Shown here one piece after another: positions 39,652-46,314 of a stretch of 57,806 nucleotides of DNA; position 1 is the stretch's first letter; each line of letters starts with the position of its first letter. The stretch spans positions 1 to 57,806 of the forward strand of contig MHQW01000042.1 in the NCBI GenBank assembly GCA_001820785.1. The letters run 5' to 3'. The stretch comes from Candidatus Sungbacteria bacterium RIFCSPLOWO2_02_FULL_51_17 (GTDB taxonomy: Bacteria; Patescibacteriota; Minisyncoccia; Sungbacterales; GWA2-42-14). The notes under the pieces were generated by a model that ran no database searches, was not told where the DNA came from, and was given only the letters and a program-made list of their open reading frames with translations. A program made the translations under genes and the position numbers.

Positions 39652-40611
39652 TTATTCTAGCAAAAAACCTGCTTCAATAAAATGAATGATAGTTTTGGCA
39701 TCGCGCTCCCGGTCTCGTGAGCGCAGTATAACTATCACGACGGGGTCGTTGATGCGCACTTGATATAATAGCAAAAGCGCCTCCCCCGCCGCATCGGTCG
39801 TTCCGGTTTTAGAGCCGAATATCATCGGGAACTCTTTCAGGAGAGAGTTGGTATTGGTGATGTGGTAGGAAGCACCGCTTTTTGAAAAGAGGGTCGTTTC
39901 AATGGTTCGCGTTACTGCCCATAGTTCGGGATATGACCCATAAAGCGCCCTTGCAAGTAACGTAAGGTCGCGCGCCGTTGAATACCCCGCCGGATTGTCA
40001 ATGCCCGTTGAGTTTGCGAATGAACTTGATGCCAGGCCGAATTCTTTCGCCCGCGCATTCAGGGCGCGCGTCGCTTCTTCTAGTCGTAGTGCCGGAGCTA
40101 CCCCATTGAGTAACGGATCTTTTTTTAGCGCGATCGCATCAGCAAGCGAGCGCCCGGCATCGTTTGCGGAATCAATGAGAAGAAGCTTTATCATGTCCTC
40201 CGCCTTGAAAGATTCTCCAGCCGGTATCATGCTCATTTTTTCGCCCGGTTCTTCTGCTTGCTTTGATTCAGCCGTAAGGGGAAGCTCCTCCAGCGGGTCA
40301 AAAAGATCTTCGGCTACGACTGCCGTCAGTAATTTTGCCAAAGAGCCGATGGCAAGAGCGCGGTCCTGGTCTTTCGCAAGAAGTATTTGGCCTGTTTGAA
40401 GTCGCGAAACAAGGACCGACTCGGCGGAAAGTTCCGGTTCCGAAACGTCGGGGACCCGTATAAATTCCCCCATTCGGCGGTGAGCAATGGCGGCGGTATT
40501 TTTTTCAGAAATACCCGCATGATAAAACACCGCTTGGAATAAGGCGGCGGCTGCAAGCATGGTAAGGAGCGCACTAAGCTGGAAAAATATATTCCAATAT
40601 TCTTTACTCAT
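39652..40611 (-). CDS. D-alanyl-D-alanine carboxypeptidase (S11, PBP5/DacB-like)
   Basis: SxxK (SLAK), SxN (SAN) and KTG (KTGTT) motifs. The start at MSKEYW overlaps the scpB stop by 8 nt. Confidence 0.8.
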   Translation of the reverse strand: MSKEYWNIFFQLSALLTMLAAAALFQAVFYHAGISEKNTAAIAHRRMGEFIRVPDVSEPELSAESVLVSRLQTGQILLAKDQDRALAIGSLAKLLTAVVAEDLFDPLEELPLTAESKQAEEPGEKMSMIPAGESFKAEDMIKLLLIDSANDAGRSLADAIALKKDPLLNGVAPALRLEEATRALNARAKEFGLASSSFANSTGIDNPAGYSTARDLTLLARALYGSYPELWAVTRTIETTLFSKSGASYHITNTNSLLKEFPMIFGSKTGTTDAAGEALLLLYQVRINDPVVIVILRSRDRERDAKTIIHFIEAGFLLE

Positions 40612-41200
40612 CTTTTTCTTGTTCAGGTGTATGTTCAGGTTTTTCAGCTGATGGCATGTTTTTTTCCGGGGATGCCATTTGCGCCACGCGTTCCTCGGCG
40701 TGTCCCCGCATGATTTCATACTCCGGCAGTTCATGCACGGCACTAAGCCCCAGATGCTTCAAAAAATCAAAACTGATCTTGTAGAGATACGAGCGCGCAT
40801 CTTTTGGATTTTCTATGCGTTCTACGAGCCCGCGCATCAGAAGATTGCGAATGGTAAATGACGAATTCACGCCGCGTATAAATTCAATCTCAAGGCGTGT
40901 CAGCGGCCCTTTATACGCAACGATGGACAAGGTTTCAAGTGCGGCTCGTGAAAGGTCTTCGGTGAAAGCGGATTTCGCCAGATCCTCAACGAGGCGCGCG
41001 TTTTCTGGATTGGTCCCGAACTGCCATTCGTCTTCCTTTCTAATAAGAATGATCCCGCGGCTTGCATAATCTTTTGTAAGCTCTTCAAGAGCCCCTTCAA
41101 GATTCTCGCGTTTCTCGTTTAGGATGACGAGCAATTTTTTTATGCTCACTGGCTCCCCCGTGATGAAGAGGACGGATTCAATTTTATGTTTCAGCTCCAT
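40604..41200 (-). CDS. scpB: Segregation and condensation protein B
   Basis: Two winged-helix repeats (LSRAALETLSIVAYKGPLTRLEIEFIRG), downstream of scpA. Confidence 0.8.
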   Translation of the reverse strand: MELKHKIESVLFITGEPVSIKKLLVILNEKRENLEGALEELTKDYASRGIILIRKEDEWQFGTNPENARLVEDLAKSAFTEDLSRAALETLSIVAYKGPLTRLEIEFIRGVNSSFTIRNLLMRGLVERIENPKDARSYLYKISFDFLKHLGLSAVHELPEYEIMRGHAEERVAQMASPEKNMPSAEKPEHTPEQEKDE

Positions 41201-41230
41201 ATGGTATCAAATGGTATCAAACGAGATTCG

Positions 41231-42010
41231 TTATGCCGATGGCTCCGATGTATCATTACCGAACAGTGTTTTTCCTGCGTGCGACAGATCTTCCGCGGCG
41301 CCTTGCTCCGCATCTTTTTTCATCGTGATCTCGCCGAAAAGGACCTCTTGTTTCAGTTGCAAGAATTTTTGTTTTGCCAATTCCAGTATCGCAAGGAAGC
41401 TTACGATCACCTCCGCCTTGTCCTTTGAATGCGCGATGATTTCGGAAAACACCCGCTCAACTTTTTCCTCTAAGGTCTTTTGAAGTTCGCGCATGCGGTC
41501 TTCCAGTGAAACGATGCGCTGTATCTTTTCCTCCTGCAGTTTTTCCAGTTTCGGGATCGCGGTGATCGCCGCTTCAAACATGCCTTGCAATATTTCCGGC
41601 GTGACGTGCGGCGGCGGATAGAACATCGCCCCCATGCCGGTCATCCATTCGCGCGAATATATGAAGCGCTTTTCGCCAAGCATTTTTTTCACGTCCTTTG
41701 TCAGCTCCTTTATCTTTTTATAATCGGCAAGGCGCCGTTCAAGCTCCTCAATGGAGTATTCCTCTTCATTGGAAAGCGCCAGTTGCGGCAGAAGGGTCCG
41801 TGATTTTATAAGGATGAGTTGCGCCGCGATGACAAGAAATTCAGCAAGTTCTTCTTTGTCCGTTCCCGGCATCTTTTTGAGCGCTTCCAGAAAATCTTGC
41901 GTGACGCGGGCAAGCGATATGTCGTTGATGGAAAGTTTTTCGCGCTCTATAAGGTCAAGAAGAAGGTCAAGCGGCCCCTCAAATTTTTTTTGTTTTACGG
42001 CAAATGGCAT
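41231..42010 (-). CDS. scpA: Segregation and condensation protein A (kleisin)
   Basis: FEGPLDLLLDLIEREKLSINDISLARVTQDF N-terminus typical of ScpA. Confidence 0.85.
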   Translation of the reverse strand: MPFAVKQKKFEGPLDLLLDLIEREKLSINDISLARVTQDFLEALKKMPGTDKEELAEFLVIAAQLILIKSRTLLPQLALSNEEEYSIEELERRLADYKKIKELTKDVKKMLGEKRFIYSREWMTGMGAMFYPPPHVTPEILQGMFEAAITAIPKLEKLQEEKIQRIVSLEDRMRELQKTLEEKVERVFSEIIAHSKDKAEVIVSFLAILELAKQKFLQLKQEVLFGEITMKKDAEQGAAEDLSHAGKTLFGNDTSEPSA

Positions 42011-42024
42011 AGTGATGCGGCATA

Positions 42025-43407
42025 TTAAAGATCAGTCCTGATGTGCGCCTCTTTAAGCTGTTTTTTGTCAATGTCGGACGGGGCCCCCATCATAAGGTCT
42101 TTTGCGTCCCCCGTTTTGGGAAATGCCATCACCTCCCGAATGTTTTGCTCTTCCGCAAGAATCATGACGAGCCGGTCAATGCCCGGGGCAAACCCACCGT
42201 GGGGCGGCGCGCCGTATTCAAACGCTTCAAGCAGGTGTCCGAATTTCAATTGTATCTTTGCGTCATCAAGACCAAGAATGGTGAAGATGCGGTTTTGAAG
42301 TTCACGCGTGTGGATCCGGATACTGCCGGAAGAGATCTCCGAGCCGTTAAGCACGATGTCATAGGCCCGCGCCCGAACGCTCACAGGGTCTGTTTCAAGG
42401 CGGTCAATGTCATCCGGATGCGGCGTCGTGAACGGATGATGCATGGCGCCGATTGAGCCGTCTTCCAGCCGTTCAAACATCGGAAAATCAACCACCCAGG
42501 CGAATGCAAGCTCGTTTGGATCATTAGGATCTTTGCGAAGGTCCGGCTTGTCGGTTCCGTAGCGTTCCATCACGTCTTTGTATGTGATCCGCGGCCATGG
42601 GGTCTGTGATATTTTTTTCTCGGGTGCGATCTTTTTTACCATTTCCGTAAGAAGTTCTTCGCCAAGCGCCAGCACATCATCTTGGGTGACAAAGCTCATT
42701 TCAATATCAAGTTGGGTGAACTCCGGCTGGCGATCGCCCCGTTGGTCTTCATCCCGGAACGCGCGGGCTATCTGAAAATACCGCTCAAGTCCCGCTACCA
42801 TCAGAAGCTGTTTGAACTGCTGGGGAGATTGCGGGAGAACATAAAAATTTCCGGCATGGAGCCGCGACGGCACTAAGAATTCGCGCGCCCCTTCCGGCGT
42901 TCCCTTCGTGAGTATCGGGGTTTCAATTTCTACGAATCCTTTTTGCGAGAGGTAGTTGCGGAAAAATAATATGATATCGTGCCGGAGGCGGAGATTTTTT
43001 TGCATGCGGCTTCTTCGGAGATCAAGGTAACGATATTTCAAGCGGTGCTCCTCTCCGATGTCGCGGCCATCGGTATCAAGGGCGAACGGCGGTGTTTTTG
43101 CCTCGTTCAGTATGGCGAGGCGGTCAACGGCCATCTCAACCGTTCCCGTCTGCAGATCGGCATTTTCCATTCCTTTCGGGCGCGCACCGACCGTTCCCTC
43201 AACTTCTATCACCCACTCGCTCCGTAACCCCCGGGCTTTTTCGTAGACCTCCTTATTTTTTGGAAGAAATACCAACTGAAAAAAGCCCGACCTGTCGCGA
43301 AGATCTGCAAATATCAATTTTCCGTGATCGCGCCGCGCGTGTACCCATCCTTTTAGCACGACCGCTTCTCCGATATGTTGTGGCGTATCGCCGATCAGTG
43401 TTCTCAT
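42025..43407 (-). CDS. aspS: Aspartate--tRNA ligase, short form lacking the bacterial GAD insertion
   Basis: Class II motifs FRDEDQRGDRQPEFTQLDIEM and GGFAPGIDRLVM. Only about 460 aa from MRTLIGD. Confidence 0.85.
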   Translation of the reverse strand: MRTLIGDTPQHIGEAVVLKGWVHARRDHGKLIFADLRDRSGFFQLVFLPKNKEVYEKARGLRSEWVIEVEGTVGARPKGMENADLQTGTVEMAVDRLAILNEAKTPPFALDTDGRDIGEEHRLKYRYLDLRRSRMQKNLRLRHDIILFFRNYLSQKGFVEIETPILTKGTPEGAREFLVPSRLHAGNFYVLPQSPQQFKQLLMVAGLERYFQIARAFRDEDQRGDRQPEFTQLDIEMSFVTQDDVLALGEELLTEMVKKIAPEKKISQTPWPRITYKDVMERYGTDKPDLRKDPNDPNELAFAWVVDFPMFERLEDGSIGAMHHPFTTPHPDDIDRLETDPVSVRARAYDIVLNGSEISSGSIRIHTRELQNRIFTILGLDDAKIQLKFGHLLEAFEYGAPPHGGFAPGIDRLVMILAEEQNIREVMAFPKTGDAKDLMMGAPSDIDKKQLKEAHIRTDL

Positions 43408-43506
43408 AGATGTCGGGCAGTTCCTAAAGTATATGGAATGTGCGGTTTTTTGCAATCACGGAAGATGGCTGTATGTATTTGCGTTGTTGCAAAGAACTCA
43501 TTGTGT

Positions 43507-43537
43507 AAATATATGGAGGTTGAACCTCCATATATTT
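43507..43537. repeat. REP-like palindrome, copy a (15-bp arms, central G)
   Basis: AAATATATGGAGGTT-G-AACCTCCATATATTT, between aspS and ddl. Confidence 0.85.
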
Positions 43538-43548
43538 GGAAAGGCTGA

Positions 43549-44625
43549 TTATACATACCCCCGAAAGAGTTTTTTCTCTTTCGCGTGTCGCGCGAGTGCG
43601 AGCCGAATAAGCGTATCAACAAGTTTTTTTTGGGAGATGCCGGAGGCCTCCCACAGCTTTGGATACATGCTGATGCTTGTAAATCCCGGGAGCGTGTTTA
43701 ATTCATTTACATAGACAGCACCATCTTGAGTAAGAAAAAAATCAACGCGCGCCATGCCCTCCAAACAGAGCGCCTTGCATGCGCGGATCGCAAGCGATTG
43801 AACAGTGCGTGTCATTTTTTTTGACAGTGCGGCGGGAATTTCAAGAGCGGCGCCGTTCGGGTCAAGATATTTTGCCTCATATGTATAAAATTCGTGACTC
43901 GGCCGTATCTCGCCAGGCAGAGAAGCGATGAGTTTTTCATTCCCGATAACAGAGCACTCTATTTCGCGTCCTGGAATGAATCGTTCTGCAAGGACCTTGG
44001 TATCGTATCTGAGGGCATCTGCAAGTGCCATTGTAAAATCGCGCGCTTGTTTAATTTTGTGAACGCCGACGGATGATCCAAGATTTGCCGGTTTTATAAA
44101 AAACGGCAGACCAAGTTTTTTTACTAACGATGCATAGGAATGATCGCTAGTGCTTCGGAGTATCACCGAATCAGCCGTTGGGATACCCGCTTCCCGAAGC
44201 AGGCGTTTCATAACATCTTTGTCCATGCCAACAGCAGAGCCAAGAACGCCCGGCCCCACAAAGGGTACGTCGGCAAGGGTGAGAAGGCCCTGCATGGTTC
44301 CATCCTCGCCATGGGTTCCGTGAAGAACAGGAAATACAACATCAATCGTTCGCATCAGATCATACGCTATCGGTATGGCGCCTCGCGCTGCGCGTACGGC
44401 CGGTAGCGCACGTTCTCCCACCCCACCCGCGGCAAGGAGTGTTTTTGCGCCAGAGCCCGATATCCAGGTACCCTGCTTTGAAATTGCTATCGGTACAACG
44501 TCGTAGCGCGCTTTATCAATGGCGGCAATGACATTTTTTGCCGATCGGAGCGAGACCTCGTGCTCCGCCGATCTGCCTCCAAAAAGGACGCCAACCCGTA
44601 TTTTGTTTCTGGCAACTTTTGACAT
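43549..44625 (-). CDS. ddl: D-alanine--D-alanine ligase
   Basis: IRVGVLFGGRSAEHEVS N-terminus and an ATP-grasp C-terminal region (EVNTLPG-like NELNTLPGFT). The start is set at MSKVARNK. Confidence 0.9.
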   Translation of the reverse strand: MSKVARNKIRVGVLFGGRSAEHEVSLRSAKNVIAAIDKARYDVVPIAISKQGTWISGSGAKTLLAAGGVGERALPAVRAARGAIPIAYDLMRTIDVVFPVLHGTHGEDGTMQGLLTLADVPFVGPGVLGSAVGMDKDVMKRLLREAGIPTADSVILRSTSDHSYASLVKKLGLPFFIKPANLGSSVGVHKIKQARDFTMALADALRYDTKVLAERFIPGREIECSVIGNEKLIASLPGEIRPSHEFYTYEAKYLDPNGAALEIPAALSKKMTRTVQSLAIRACKALCLEGMARVDFFLTQDGAVYVNELNTLPGFTSISMYPKLWEASGISQKKLVDTLIRLALARHAKEKKLFRGYV

Positions 44626-44778
44626 TTGGTATGAATTTACATATAATATCCTTCGGACAAGATGGTGTGGCGCATTCTGACCGCACAAAACGGATTTTAG
44701 CATGTTTTCTTCGGAGTTCAATGCGGGTGGCGAGCGGGATGGGCATCATGATGAACCGCTGAAGTAAGTCCTCTTTCT

Positions 44779-44851
44779 GCGTCCATAGCTCAGTTGGTAG
44801 AGCAGCTCCCTTTTAAGGAGACGGTCGCAGGTTCGAATCCTGCTGGACGCA
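44779..44851 (+). tRNA. tRNA-Lys (anticodon UUU)
   Basis: GCGTCCA acceptor, GCTC/GAGC D-stem, loop CTTTTAA, T-arm GCAGGTTCGAATCCTGC. Close to the E. coli tRNA-Lys pattern. Confidence 0.9.
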
Positions 44852-45067
44852 TTACATAAAAGCACCTGGCAATGCGCTCGGTGTTTTTATAGATATCGCT
44901 TCCTATCTTTCTGGGTAACCCAAAGAAGTAATCTACCTGTCTTTTTACAACTTCCTTTTTTGCACCTATTATACTCAAAACTTTCCTTACACCTACAAAA
45001 TCAGTGCAATGATGTTTTAGTTCAAGATTTGTTTTGTTCATACAAAACTCTAACAGAGTATCTTTTG

Positions 45068-45165
45068 GTGGTCTATTCTTGAAATAGTTCGGACGGTTTT
45101 CGCCGCCGCAGGCGGCAAGGTATGCCCCCCGCGAAATTCCGAAATCGCGGCTCCGCCGCGCCGAT
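45068..45165. repeat. Inverted repeat IR-A (98 bp)
   Basis: Exact reverse complement of 46087-46184, verified base by base. Confidence 0.9.
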
Positions 45166-45217
45166 GACAATTTCAAGTTTTTCTTTGGCGGCAAATTCTT
45201 AAAAAATTCTTGGATTA

Positions 45218-46009
45218 TTATGGCCGACACCGATTCATACACTGTTGGAATGACTCAGATTTCAGGAGGTCCACTATATGGCCAATGCCTTCTCTGGACG
45301 CACCATAAGTTTGATAGCAAGCATCCGTACATGTTTGACAGGTGTTATCTACAACAGAACGACACTGAAGATTATCGAGTTCGCAGCCGCTTCCACAAAA
45401 ATATCTGATATTTCCATTATGTTCCTTAATCCTTTCAAATTCTTCTTTGGCGACTACCATGCCCTCAAACATACGCATCGTTTGAGGTTCAGTACTGTCG
45501 TAGAGGTAGGAAGGTATGCTGAAGTATGGTGAAAATTCTACTGGACAAGTTCTTGTCAGAGAGAAAAGTTTTGATTGGTTATCTGCGATAGACGTAGCGG
45601 TACACTGAAAGTTGAAAAAAGCAAGTTGCAACCCCTGTACCCACATAAATCCCAAAATTATTAAAACTCCCAATAGTATTGAAATTGATTTAACAACTTT
45701 ATGACGCTCAATCCCCCAAACAATAATGCCAGCAACAAAAGCGTAAAAAAGTGCCGATATGGCCGTAATCAATCCGAGCGAGTATGGATATGTAAAGTAG
45801 AAAAAGTCGCTAACCCCGATGAGTTCCTCTAAAATTATTTCTTCGAGAAAAAACTTAACCGGATTTGTTAAGGGTCCGAAGCTTCCAAGAACAAGCGATA
45901 TGATCGTAACTACGATAACAAAACCCGCAATACCCAAGCTTACTCTAAGCCACCAGCGAACTTTTTTTACTGGCAATTTACTTTCATTATCAAATATTGG
46001 AGTATCCAT
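45218..46009 (-). CDS. Membrane protein with Cys-rich C-terminal domain (cargo of the element), function unknown
   Basis: 263 aa with three or four TM helices, then about 110 residues containing 12 Cys (CGSGCELDNLQC...CQTCTDAC...CMNRC). AT-rich coding sequence. Confidence 0.6.
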   Translation of the reverse strand: MDTPIFDNESKLPVKKVRWWLRVSLGIAGFVIVVTIISLVLGSFGPLTNPVKFFLEEIILEELIGVSDFFYFTYPYSLGLITAISALFYAFVAGIIVWGIERHKVVKSISILLGVLIILGFMWVQGLQLAFFNFQCTATSIADNQSKLFSLTRTCPVEFSPYFSIPSYLYDSTEPQTMRMFEGMVVAKEEFERIKEHNGNIRYFCGSGCELDNLQCRSVVDNTCQTCTDACYQTYGASREGIGHIVDLLKSESFQQCMNRCRP

Positions 46010-46086
46010 ATGATTAAAAATTTTTCTTTTCCCAAAATTAAAATGCAGTTCGAGCTGATATTTTTGCAGGTTCTTTGGCAGTTTTT

Positions 46087-46184
46087 ATCGGCGCGGCGGA
46101 GCCGCGATTTCGGAATTTCGCGGGGGGCATACCTTGCCGCCTGCGGCGGCGAAAACCGTCCGAACTATTTCAAGAATAGACCAC
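46087..46184. repeat. Inverted repeat IR-A' (98 bp)
   Basis: Reverse complement of 45068-45165. Contains the GC-rich hairpins CCGCGA..TCGCGG and GCCGCC-tgc-GGCGGC. Confidence 0.9.
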
Positions 46185-46280
46185 ATTTTAGAAAAGCGCA
46201 AGGAATTGGAAGCCGCCTCGCTTCGCTCGGCGGTCAATTTGTATTGAATTTTGGGCGAAAAAATCAGTTGGCGATTCTGC
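46181..46280. repeat. Inverted repeat IR-B (100 bp), contiguous with IR-A' through the shared CCAC
   Basis: Reverse complement of 47688-47787 with 2 mismatches. Confidence 0.9.
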
Positions 46281-46314
46281 TTTTGGGAAAAGAAAATTTT
46301 TAAATCAAAACTAT

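Noticed and set aside
46087-46280. The 194-bp GC-rich unit as a structured RNA gene (group II intron domain V, SRP, tRNA-like).
   Set aside because: A hand comparison with the domain V consensus (lower helix plus a 2-nt bulge) and with SRP/RNase P signature sequences did not fit. The att-arm and recombinase 3' end interpretation explains its position better.
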